A stretch of DNA of 60,000 nt from Vicugna vicugna (Eukaryota), in NCBI GenBank assembly GCA_013265495.1, contig MU058059.1, forward strand, positions 3,945,502 to 4,005,501, read 5' to 3'. The notes beneath the pieces were generated by a model. That model was not told where the DNA came from. It was given only the letters and a program-made list of their open reading frames with translations, and searched no databases. Below are positions 34,945 through 47,700 of the stretch, one piece after another. The position numbers and the translations under genes were made by a program. Each line of letters begins with the position of its first letter. Position 1 is the stretch's first letter.

Positions 34945-37520
34945 CAGAAACAAATCGGACAAGTTTCTGGAAACAGTCCACCATGACTGAATCGAGAAGA
35001 AACAGACCACGGGAACAGACACATCACTAGACAAGAAACAGAATCAGCAATAGTAATAATAATAAAAAGCCTCCCTACAAGCAAGAACAAAAATCCAGGA
35101 CCAAATGGCTTCCCTGGGGAACTCCACCAAACATAAAGGAACTCGTACCAGTCCTTTCAGACTCTTCCAAAAGACTGAAAAGGAGGGAAAACTCCCAAAG
35201 TCATTCTATGAAGCCACCATCACCCTGATACCAAAACCAGACAAAGACATGACCAGGAAAGAACATTACAGGCCAAGATCACTGACGAACATAGATGCCA
35301 AAATCCTCAACAAAGTATTAGCAGACAGAATCCAACAGCACGTAAGTAAGATCATACACCATGATCAAATGGATGCATCCCAGGGACACGAGGATGGTTC
35401 AACATACGCAAATCAATCAACATGATACGGATGCCACATCCACAAGAGAAGGGACATAAATCACGTGATCTTCTCAATAATGCAGAGAAAGCATTTTATA
35501 AAGTTCATTTATGATAAAAAAATTTTACCAAAGTGGATACAGAGGGAACGTATCTCAACATCATAAAAGCTACTCATGAGGAATCCACAGCCACGATACT
35601 CAGTGGGGAAAAGCCAAAAGCCTTCCTGCTAAAATCTGGAACCACAAGGAGGCCCCCTCTCACCACACCTTCATTCAACACAGTACTGGACGTCGAGCCA
35701 CAGCAGCCAGGCAAGACAATGAAATAAAGTGGATCCAAACTGGAGGACAAGAGGTAAAACTGTCACTGTATGTGGATGACACGATACTCTTTACAGAAAA
35801 CCCTGAAAGCTCACCACAAAAACTAACAGAGCTGATGAAATAGTTTGGCACAGGACCCGGGTTACAAACGCAGTCGCACTCCTTTACACTAGGAAGTCAT
35901 CAGCAGGAAAAGAAACAATCTCTTAAGGTCCGTCAAAAACAATAAAATGCTTAGGATTAAATCTGACTAAGGAGATGAAAGACGTACACACTGGGAACTA
36001 CAAACCACTGATTAAGGAAATTAAAGGTGACTCAAAACATGGAAAGATATCCCGTGTATTGGAAGAATCAGTATCGTTCAAATGGCCGCACTGCCAAAGG
36101 CAATCTACAGATTTACTACAATCCCTCTATTACCCTGAAAGTTTTTCATAGACCTAGAAGAGATAACCCTAAAATTTATGTGCACTCACAAAATGCTCAG
36201 ATTCGCCAAAGCAAGACTGAAGAAAAAGAACACACCCGGAGAAATAAATCTCCCAGATCTCAGAAAATACCACAGGGCTGCAGAGACAAAACCACCGTGG
36301 TGCTGGCATAAAGACTGACGTGCGGGATCAGCGGGACAGAGCACAGCCTAGAAATACGCTCACAGACCTACAGCCAATTAAACTTTGACAAGAAGGCAGG
36401 AGTACACAGTGGAGAAGAGCCAGTGTCTTCAGTCAGTGGTGCTGGGAAAACGACAGCAGCACGTAAGTCAGTGGAGCCAGAACACTCCCTCACTCCACAC
36501 ACAGAAATAAACTCAAAATGGCCTAAAGACTTAGATCTAAGACAAGACATGATAAACCTCCTAGAAGAAAACACAGGCAAGACATTCTCTGACAGAAAGC
36601 TGAGCAATGTTCTCCTAGGGCAGTCTAGCCAGGCAGTAGGAGTAAAAGGAAAGAGAAACAAATGGGACCTAATCAAACTTACAAGCTTTTCCACAACAAA
36701 GGAAACCACAAGCAGAACAAAACGACAGCCTTCAGAATGGGAGAAAGTATTTGCAAATGATGCGACTGGCAAAGGCTTCATTTCCAGAATATACAAACAG
36801 CTCATACAACTTAATAACAAAAAACAAACCACCCAGTCCAAAAATGGCCAGAAGGCGTAAACAAGCAGTTCTCCAGTGAAGACATACAGATGGCCAACAG
36901 GCGCATGAAAAAATGCTCAATGTCACTAATCAGAGAAACACAAATCAAAGTGCAAGAGAATAGATACCACCTCACACCAGTCAGAATGGCCAGCACCCCA
37001 GAGTTCCTGAAGGATAAGCGCTGGAGAGGCTTGTGGGGGAAAGGGAGCCTCCTGCACTGCTGGTGGGGATGCAGCTTGGTGCAGCCGTTCGGGACAACAG
37101 TATGGAGACGTCTCAAAAAACCAAAAACAGGCTTCCCACGTGACCCAGCAATCCCACCCCAGGATATATCTCCAAAGGGAACTGTAATTCCAAAAGGTAC
37201 ATGCACCCTGATTTTCCTAGTGGCACTATAGGGAATAGCCACGCTGGGGAAACCACCTAAATGTCCACTGACAGATGACTGGAAAAGGACGTTGTGTGTG
37301 TGTGTGTTTGTACAGTGGAATACGACTCAGCCATGAAAAAGAATAAAATAATGCCATGGGCGGCAACACAAGGAACTATATTCAGTATCTTGTAAAAACC
37401 TTAATGAAAAAGAATATGAAAATGAACATAATACATACATGCATGACTGGGACACTGTGCTGCACACCAGAAGCTGACACATTGTAACTGACTATTTCAA
37501 TAATAACAATTTTTAAAAGG
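34945..37520 (+). mobile_element. Old 5'-truncated L1 (frameshifted ORF2 RT to C-terminus + 3' UTR)
   Basis: Fragments [55 protein letters not shown] in shifting frames. Confidence 0.92.
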
Positions 37521-40500
37521 CACAGGTTTCAGACTTACAGAAGGATTTAAATGCTAGACTCATTACATGCAGCTGTGCAACCCTGGAGGAGTGACAAAAC
37601 CCCTCTGGGCCTGGACATCCTCATCAGTGATACTCCCCACTTGGGTGGTGTTCCTCAGGAGGCCCAGGTGAGGAAGATGTGAAGCTGCAGACACTTCAAG
37701 GAGCTGCAGCGTCCCCAGGAGGTCGGGGCACACACTCTCCCAGGCATGGGGGGTGGTCACCAGCGAGGTGCTGGAGCCTGTCTGTGGGGACTCAGACCCC
37801 AGCTCCACTGGGTGCAGCTGAGCTCTCCCCTCCCCTGAGGAGGAGGGGGTCCACGCCCAAGTGTTGTTGGGGGATGGGGGTTTTCCACGTGTGAACCACG
37901 TGGGTGATGCCTGGCTTGTGTTAGTGAATCTAAGCGGGGTGAGGGGTGACTCGGGGCAGGACACAGGGTTTCTAGGTCAGCAGGTAGACGGTTGGTGGGT
38001 ACCGGGCCACAGGAGCCAGGAGGTTTCTAGGGGCTTCAGCTGCTCTTACAGTTCAAGTCTCAGATTCCGAATTTCCAAAGGAAAACACCTGGTGCGTCCC
38101 GGGAGCAGACGAGGAGGAAACCACCGGCATCACCCAAGTGAGCAAAGATGGGAGGTGCAGCTGTGCTGGCTCGGCAGCCCTCCCCACCGGTCGGGGTGTT
38201 TCCTGCCAGGCCAGCCCCCGCCCCCACCAAGGTGCTGCCCTCCTCCCAGCCTCCACCAGGCACCTGTGCAGCCCTGGCCCCACTGTGCCCTGGGCCTGGG
38301 TGCAGAGGGTCAGGGCATTTCCACCCAGGAGGAAGCTCTGCTTCCCTCTTTTGGGGTTTTGTTTTATGGAAATTATATAATTTTGTTTATTTAAAAAACA
38401 GCACAGCCAGCAACCCCAAAAGTACAAAGAATAAACTAATTCTTTCAAATCTCGGCCTTCAGAAACAAACACTTCCTTAGTAGCAACCTAAATGTCCATC
38501 GATAGATGACTAGATAAAGAAATTGTGGTATATGTGCCCAATGGAATACTACTCAGCCATAAAAAGTAATGAAATAATGCTACTTGCAGCAACATGGATG
38601 AATCGGGAGAATGTCATGCTAAGTGAAGTAAGCCAGAGAAAGACAAATTATATGATACCACTTATATGTGGACTCTAAAAAGTGACACAAGTGAACTTAC
38701 TTACAAAATGGAAAGAGACTCAGACACAGAAAACAAACTTGCAGTTACCAAAGGCGAAAGCAGGGCGGGATAAACCGAAGTTCGGGATCTGCAGATACAC
38801 ACTGCTGTATACAAAACAGACACATAACGTGGACCTACCGCAGAGCACAGGGAACGATACTCAATACCCTGTGATTTAAACCATAATGGAAAATACGTAT
38901 AACTGAGTCACTTTGCTGTACGTCAGAAAGACAATACTGTAAAGCAACTATACTTCAACTAAAAAAACAAACCACTTCCTTCGTGGAAATCACTCCAGTC
39001 CTCTGTGCACAAACTGGCAAAGTGACCAGCAGGTACAAGTCCTTTTACAGGATGGGATCCTATTTACTATTTTAAATAAGGTTGTGACACGTAATCGTCA
39101 CAGAAAACTAAAGGAGCCTTTGAAATTCGGACAAGGGTTCCTTCACAAGAGAGGTTCATTTGAAAAGATTCCTCTCAGATTCATGGGTGCTCTGTGCTTT
39201 TATGCCTGTTTCGACTTGACACTATCTGTTGACTCCCTGCCCTGAAACGTGGGGAAACTAGCACAATCCTGGGCCCTTAGATGCATGACTGGGACACTGT
39301 GCTGCACACCAGAAGCTGACACATTGTAACTGACTATTTCAATAATAACAATTTTTAAAAGGCACAGGTTTCAGACTTACAGAAGGATTTAAATGCTAGA
39401 CTCATTACATGCAGCTGTGCAACCCTGGAGGAGTGACAAAACCCCTCTGGGCCTGGACATCCTCATCAGTGATACTCCCCACTTGGGTGGTGTTCCTCAG
39501 GAGGCCCAGGTGAGGAAGATGTGAAGCTGCAGACACTTCAAGGAGCTGCAGCGTCCCCAGGAGGTCGGGGCACACACTCTCCCAGGCATGGGGGGTGGTC
39601 ACCAGCGAGGTGCTGGAGCCTGTCTGTGGGGACTCAGACCCCAGCTCCACTGGGTGCAGCTGAGCTCTCCCCTCCCCTGAGGAGGAGGGGGTCCACGCCC
39701 AAGTGTTGTTGGGGGATGGGGGTTTTCCACGTGTGAACCACGTGGGTGATGCCTGGCTTGTGTTAGTGAATCTAAGCGGGGTGAGGGGTGACTCGGGGCA
39801 GGACACAGGGTTTCTAGGTCAGCAGGTAGACGGTTGGTGGGTACCGGGCCACAGGAGCCAGGAGGTTTCTAGGGGCTTCAGCTGCTCTTACAGTTCAAGT
39901 CTCAGATTCCGAATTTCCAAAGGAAAACACCTGGTGCGTCCCGGGAGCAGACGAGGAGGAAACCACCGGCATCACCCAAGTGAGCAAAGATGGGAGGTGC
40001 AGCTGTGCTGGCTCGGCAGCCCTCCCCACCGGTCGGGGTGTTTCCTGCCAGGCCAGCCCCCGCCCCCACCAAGGTGCTGCCCTCCTCCCAGCCTCCACCA
40101 GGCACCTGTGCAGCCCTGGCCCCACTGTGCCCTGGGCCTGGGTGCAGAGGGTCAGGGCATTTCCACCCAGGAGGAAGCTCTGCTTCCCTCTTTTGGGGTT
40201 TTGTTTTATGGAAATTATATAATTTTGTTTATTTAAAAAACAGCACAGCCAGCAACCCCAAAAGTACAAAGAATAAACTAATTCTTTCAAATCTCGGCCT
40301 TCAGAAACAAACACTTCCTTAGTAGCAACCTAAATGTCCATCGATAGATGACTAGATAAAGAAATTGTGGTATATGTGCCCAATGGAATACTACTCAGCC
40401 ATAAAAAGTAATGAAATAATGCTACTTGCAGCAACATGGATGAATCGGGAGAATGTCATGCTAAGTGAAGTAAGCCAGAGAAAGACAAATTATATGATAC

Positions 40501-41122
40501 CACTTATATGTGGACTCTAAAAAGTGACACAAGTGAACTTACTTACAAAATGGAAAGAGACTCAGACACAGAAAACAAACTTGCAGTTACCAAAGGCGAA
40601 AGCAGGGCGGGATAAACCGAAGTTCGGGATCTGCAGATACACACTGCTGTATACAAAACAGACACATAACGTGGACCTACCGCAGAGCACAGGGAACGAT
40701 ACTCAATACCCTGTGATTTAAACCATAATGGAAAATACGTATAACTGAGTCACTTTGCTGTACGTCAGAAAGACAATACTGTAAAGCAACTATACTTCAA
40801 CTAAAAAAACAAACCACTTCCTTCGTGGAAATCACTCCAGTCCTCTGTGCACAAACTGGCAAAGTGACCAGCAGGTACAAGTCCTTTTACAGGATGGGAT
40901 CCTATTTACTATTTTAAATAAGGTTGTGACACGTAATCGTCACAGAAAACTAAAGGAGCCTTTGAAATTCGGACAAGGGTTCCTTCACAAGAGAGGTTCA
41001 TTTGAAAAGATTCCTCTCAGATTCATGGGTGCTCTGTGCTTTTATGCCTGTTTCGACTTGACACTATCTGTTGACTCCCTGCCCTGAAACGTGGGGAAAC
41101 TAGCACAATCCTGGGCCCTTAG
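37439..41122 (+). repeat. Head-to-tail tandem duplication, 1842-bp unit x2 (37439-39280, 39281-41122)
   Basis: All ORFs repeat identically at +1842; junction CCCTTAG|ATGCATGACT with 2-bp AT microhomology. Confidence 0.97.
38480..38970 (+). mobile_element. L1 3'-end fragment (second copy at about 40322-40812)
   Basis: caacctaaatgtccatc...gaatactactcagccataaaaa...tatacttcaactaaaaaaa. Confidence 0.8.
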
Positions 41123-41124
41123 AT

Positions 41125-41620
41125 TGGCTTTTTCCCCTAATATTTCCTGATTTTTTTTTCCGGTTATATTAATTTTCCACTTTCGAGCTTATAACATGTA
41201 CAGTTTGCTCTTCGGCACAATCTTTCTATTTTTTTTAGTCTTAAATTTATATTTAAATAGGTTTAGGGCCCGTCACCACCAATTTTTAAGCATCTTTCCT
41301 TTCTTAAAAAAAAATGATTTGATTCATCCCTTGATTGGCTAAATTTCATCACTTTTTTCCCAAGATAAAGCTCACGGATTTCTTGAATTACTGCCTACTT
41401 GACAGCATCTGCCTTTTGTCTTTTTACTTTACGTACAACTTGGCTAAGCAGGAAACTCCTGGGTTAACATTCCTCCTCAGAATCCTGTAAAGCTGCTTCA
41501 CTGACATCGGCATTGATGGCGGCATGGCAGGAATCCGAGCCACCCAGCCCTTCCCCTCATCGGAGGGAGGAGAACATGAACCTGTGGCTGTCTCCGTGTC
41601 CTGGAGCCCAGTGACCGCCC
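41125..41620 (-). mobile_element. Ancient L1M-type ORF1-region fragment
   Basis: ttggct..aaactcctgggttaacattcc..ctgcttcactg..ggcattgatg resembles antisense L1M ORF1; recognised by eye. Confidence 0.4.
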
Positions 41621-42379
41621 TGGGCTAGGCTGGTGTCGATAATTCTACACGTGAGTTATGAATTTTTAGTGCAGGTCGTAGAGTCAAACATGCCAGCATT
41701 TCAGGAATATTTACTTCTAAATGAATTCATTACTTCCATCCAAGCAATACACACATGGCCTGAGTCAAATACGTTCTGCCCTGTGCTTTTCCAAACCCCA
41801 GTCTGATTCCCAGCGACGACCAGATTCAGATTTGCCTTTTGTGTACTTCAGTGTTTCTACATAATGGGCTTGTATTGTTCTTTCTCGATTTTTAGATTTT
41901 CGAAAGTGCTGAATAGCGTCCTGTGGTCAAAGCTGAGATTAGTCCTCAGGACTTCTGCACCTCCTTCAGCTAACACAGCTTTGACCGGCCGGTGCCGCAT
42001 GTTTTTATATTTTACTTTTGTAAGTACCCTTTATTGTGACCACACGTTTCCATAACTAACGCACAGGTTTTCCTGAACACCCAAAGGCCTTCTCCATCCT
42101 CATTACCCCGATTTTTCCCCCATCGTCTTTTGTCTTCCCTCCCAAGGATGCAGTCCACGGACTTTGCATCCCCGGGGCCAGAGCCACGCCTGGCCTGACG
42201 TCACTACTCATCACATCCTTGCTCAGGGAAGAAATCCGAGAAGAGAGCGACCACGACCGTCTGCCTTTCTTGTGCACCCTTTGTTTCCCCCCAGATTAAT
42301 AACCACCTGGAATTAATCGTCGCCTCACTTGTCCACTTGCTCGTACTCCTCTGCAGTCACAACTGTCCTGCCCCAGCAC

Positions 42380-43560
42380 CCGCGGACTCGCACCCCACCG
42401 CGCACGCCCGCAGCCCCCACGCGCCGCCTCTGCGGCTTGTCTGCTTCTCTGCAACCTGCACAGCGTCACCGGCGCCCGGGTCGCGCCCCGTCATCCCTCC
42501 CGCTCGGCCCCGCGCCGCCTCCACCCGCCGTCGGCTCTGCCGCAGTTCCCAGGCCTTCCTGTTCCAGTTGCTTTCGCCCTTGGGAAGGTCGGCGGGAAGC
42601 TGGGTCTCCCTCCGGGTCCGCCCACGACTTGCCTACCTAAGCGCCTGTCCCTCAGCGCCTGGGTCCTGCCACCTGCCTGTGGTTTAAACCAGGCTTTGGT
42701 GGCGCGCTTGCCGCGTGCATCCTTTACGACCTGCTGTGTCTCGGCTCCTCCCCGGGAGAGGTGTGCACCCTGCGTCCTCCCGGGGCTGCTGGAGGCGGAG
42801 CTCGGCCCCCTCCTCGGTGGGGTTAGCTCCCCACTTGGACTTCTAGGCGCGGCCCCTGCGCCATCCCGGCCGTCATGGGGAGGGCGGTGTGGCCCCAGAG
42901 CCCGGCTCCCGTGCGCGCCAGGCGGAGCGGCGCAGCGTCCGTCCCACCCCCGCGTCCGGCTGCGGCCGCGCCCTCGGGCGACTCTGCGGCTCCGCGGGAT
43001 TCCGCCGGCGGGACTCCAGAGCAGTCGGAGATGCGACCCGGCCCTGAGCCCCGCGGGGCAAAGCGGACCCAGGACCGTCGGTGCGAACCGCGGGGAGGCG
43101 GGCGGCGCGGCGGAGGGGGCGGCTGACGTCCCCGGGGAGCCCGGGCCCGGGCCTCACCCGCCCCCGCCGGTGGCCCTGCTGCAGCGCGGGGCTGGCGCCG
43201 GGAGGAAGGCGGCGCCCATCCCCTGGGCCCGGGGCTGCAGTCCAGCTGGGCCGCCGCCAGTGCAGGACGGAACCGGGGGGAGGGGGCCTCCTCCCTGCAG
43301 GGCCCCTCACGGCGGGAGATGAGGCGGCGGAGGGGAGGGCCGAGGAGGAACAGCAGCTCGTCACAGGCGTTTTCAGAATTAGAATCACCGGGGTCTGGAA
43401 GAGGAGAAAGCAGGCTCGGTGCGGCTCCGGCGCTGCAGCCCGGCGCCCCCGCACGCCCTCCTCGCGGGGTCTCAGCGCCCACTGGGTCCCCGGGTGGGCG
43501 TTGTGCTGGGAGGCGGAAATGTCCTCCCGGGTGAAGGCGGACAGTCAACGCGGGTCAGTC
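42380..43560. promoter_or_regulatory. Orphan CpG island
   Basis: About 1.2 kb of very high GC/CpG with GC boxes and TGACGTC; no recognisable gene. Confidence 0.6.
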
Positions 43561-44724
43561 ACCCCAGGTAGTGCTGGAGCCTGACCACCCAGCCCGGGTT
43601 CCCTCCCATCTCGGCCCATGACGGTGGGCTCAGACCAACACCCCGGGAAAATGAGCACCCCCAACTCAAGGCAAAGGAGCTCGAGTTGTGCTGCCTGGAA
43701 AACGCCGTCAGGACTGACACTGAAGCAAGTCAATGGATTTCTCTCTCGTGTCTGAAAAGTTTTTGCCAGCACATCCTGAGCTCGGCCTAAGAAACATGGT
43801 TATCACCTGGAAGAGGCTGTGAACACGTGTCAGCCCTGAGGCTCCCATCTGGGAAAGCCGTGTGAAGCCCACAAGGAGAGGACACGCCATCACCGGGCTG
43901 CAGATTCCTCTGCAGAGCTCTGGTCTGCCCGCTGGCATCCCACGCACCGCAGGACACAGGGGTCTCAGGGCCGGGTGGAGACGTGGTGAGACTGCGGACC
44001 GGCCAGAGCCCACGATCACCCAAGCTGGCTGCCTTCCCCGCCCCACCACTTCCCCCTCTCCTCTGTCTTGGCAACGAATGCTCTCCTTTATGGGAGGAAA
44101 CTTGTCAAGCTAACAAAAACAAATGAACCAACAGAGACACGCGTTATCTGTGCAGCCTCCGTCAAGGGGGAAGCATCGACTCCCTTTCTGTTTTTGTCAG
44201 AGAGGAGCACGCGGCCACGGGCCAGGAAGGTGTCTCTATCTAAGAGTGATAGGTAAGCCAGCATGCCTGCCTGTAGACGGTCCCCATGGAAGTGAGCAGT
44301 CACGGGCCGGGTTTGGTGGTGGAGAGGCTGCGAACAAAAGGAATCGTTGGCTGAGTCCCTGGGAGCCAGGGGAGCAGACCCTGGGGGAGCCTGGCTGTGC
44401 GGGACACTGCTTGTTGGCCAGAAGGAGGTCTGGGGAAATGGACTGCGGGTTGGTCACCATTTCCTCTTCCCTTCATGTGCTTTATTACCACAAGGGGCTC
44501 ACCATCACCACACACCACGCCCCAGGGGTCTCCCCACCACATGTGGAGTGGTGAGGTGGTCACCCAGAGGCAACAGGAGAATCCCTGGAGAGCTCACATA
44601 CAGGCTCTGTCTGTGTCTGAAGCTCACACTGAGTCCAGGGCTGCTGGGCTCCCATTTCCCATCCCTCGTCTGTCTTACAAGTATTCTGAGCACTGTCAGT
44701 TGCAAGGGGAAAAAAAAAAGCCTG

Positions 44725-47700
44725 TGTTACGGAACCCACGTTCGTCTGCCTGACGCACTGTGAGGCCAAACAAACCAAAATGCCGGATCTTGGAGCAGAG
44801 AGAGGCTTCCTGCAGGGCCCAGCAGGGCCAAGGAGAACCCCCAAACCCTGGAACTCCCCCAGGGGTTCGGATGCGCCTGTCTGCAGGCCAGCTGAGGGGG
44901 CGTCCCAGGGCGTGTGATCAGCTGTGCGCAACTCGGGTTGGTTAGTGGCGCTCGGTCCTCAGGGGCCAGGCGCTCTGGGGGTCACATGCTCGTGGTCACC
45001 AAGTAGTTAATCTCTTCCCTTTGGTGGTGGTTTCTAGCATCTGGGAAACTCGGGACGTCTGCACGAGATACTGTTACCTGGGTCCTTCAGAGGGGAGCTA
45101 CAGCAGGGGACACAGCGAGGGGTCTGACCCAGGAAGGCCCCATAGGGTCCCACAGTCCCCCCTTTGCTTTGATAGCCTCAGTCTTGAGGAGGAAGGTGCT
45201 GCACAAGGAGGGCATGACATTCTGGACAGAGGTTCATCACAGACTCGGCTGAGGAGCTTGGTTTCAGCCCCCGGTCCTGTCCCACCCTCCCCAGGTCTTC
45301 CAGGGACCCAGACAGCAGCCACGCTGGCTGCTTCCTGCTGAAACGGGGTGTAGTCCTACCTCACCCTGGGGAATGGACACTGAGGTGGAAGTATGCCCAA
45401 GTTCCAAGTCCTGGTTCTGAGTCTAATGTGGTTAAGATCTCATTCCCTGAGGAGTCCAGGAGAACAAGGCTGAAAACCGGCCTGGGCCTGGCACTCTGGG
45501 GGAGACTTGTGGCCCCTTGTCCACTTTTATCTGAGTAGGTTTAACGTTCAATGTGGCATTTCCATATATATGGCAGGCACTACTGATCACTACATGTCTG
45601 GTTTTTTCTGCTAGTGTCTGATCTAAAGCAATTTAATTGTTTAAAAATTTAACAGTTACAAGAGGACACCTCGAGGTTATAAGGTCGCAGATGCCACCTG
45701 CCAGCGGGCACTGCTTTGAGGACGGCTGGTGGCGCCCCGAGTCTGACACAGCTCAGAAAATTCAAATTCAGCAGTATGTGTCCAAAAGCAAATCCACCAC
45801 GGCCACCTAGTTCTACCTTGGACATCAGAAACATGGCCACTCCATTTTGACTTTCAAATGCATTCCCCTCCTCAAGGCCAAAGCAGACAGAAAATGCCTG
45901 CCCAGAAGGCCATAAAATAGACCGCTTTGGCCAGGAAAGTTTGTCAGACCCTACAGAAGCCAGAATGACTTCCCCATACGTCAGGATGCATAGATTTTCC
46001 CAACATTTCCTCTTTTGACTGCAAATCTTTCAGTAAAAGGCGTATCCGTCCCGTGATGCAGGGGTGATGGCTCCTGGCCCAGGTGCACATTATGTCCCTT
46101 GGTGCCAGGCCTCCTTTATGTCTGTCTAGTGATCCACGTTGGGGGGAAGCTAATGGGGCCCCATGAATGGACTCAGAGGTAAGTTAATGGGAAACACATT
46201 ACAGGCTGTACATTGTATCACTTACACCCAGTTGTCACGCAAGCATCGAGCATGCACTTTTGGCGACAGACCTAAAGCCAGCACTGCTACACACCGCGAG
46301 CACTTGTCCTCTGTGACGACTCCATCAGAGAGTTCTCTTTCTATCCTGAGCACTGGGGGCAATACTGATAGGGAAACAAACATTTGGTAAACAGTTCAAT
46401 TAAAAAACGGACCAAAAGCCAGTAGGACCTCAGACAAACACGAGAATTTACAACCATCATTCATCAGCTCACTCAATCCCACGGAAACAAGCCTTCCTAC
46501 CTAGTTTTATGAAATCCGAGTTTTCATTAGACTTTTTGAATATCTCACCCTGCTCGGCAGTATGACTCAAAGGAAGCCCACTCTTGTCAGAAGGTCCCTT
46601 TTACGAATCGTCCTGAAGAGGAGGCAGGTTTGCAAGCATTGACCTGTCTGTGAAGAACGGATGACTTTGAAAGGAAGGCGAAAGATCTGATTACCATGTT
46701 TTTGACAAAAGCAGCTTAATCAAGGTGCTGGGACACAGTTACCAGAGTTAGGACTGACAGCTGTATACCAGGGCATGGCCTCAGAGACTCTAAATACAGT
46801 TTCTGGAATGTCTCTGTTATAGTGTTTGTTTATTCATACTGGATAATCTGAGGAAGCTTACCACTTACTTTTTGACAATGCTTCCAGTGCATTTCAACAC
46901 ACCAGTCAGTCCTAGTTCGTTAAATATTTTTCCCTGAGATGCCTCAGAGGTCCTCTGAAGCATCCCAAAGTGAGCTGAAGTCAAAAGAATTTTAATTAGA
47001 ATCTGATATTAAGTTTGTCAAAAATATCCAAAAGTTTCACACAGTCGGGTCCCAGAAGCACTCTTAAGTAAACTTGCTCTCCCAGATCGAACCCTGCACA
47101 GCCTACTTTTAATAACAAAATCCACCCACCCAGTTAAGTTCAATCCAACCTCACCCCAACTGTGCACGAACTTTTTTTGTTTAGGGCCCCCTTTCTATAA
47201 ACCGTCCACAACTTCCCGTATCCATTAGTTTGTGTCTTATTTTTTTCCATCCACGAAGCAACGAGCTATAGGACCAAATCTTTCTTTTCTGTTAACAAAG
47301 TGCATTCCATTCCTCATACCCTTTTTCACTCAAAACATACAGCCCACTTTCCGACTGTACACTGACACGTTTCCCCCATCATTTTCAGTAGCTTTCATCA
47401 CATGTTTAAATTAGAATCCTCAACTCTTAAAAACCTGAATTTCGAGTGAATGTTTCAGTATCTTATGTTTTATTTGAGGAATGATCTCTAGTCAACTATT
47501 CAATAAACTTCCATCATTTAAGTTAATTTAGCACAAGTGTACAATTTCAAGTTCCCAAACGCCTGGAGAGATCATTTTTAAGTAGACAGTCTTAAAACAT
47601 TATTTCTGAAGAGTTCACACAAAAGCTCCTCTCTCGTTGGCATTTAATTCACTTTTAAGAATTTCATCGTACCACGTTAATTCGTTTCTTCCTGCTGACA

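Noticed and set aside
42696..43584. Several 170-240-aa ORFs on both strands
   Set aside because: CpG-island artefacts; low complexity and no recognisable protein
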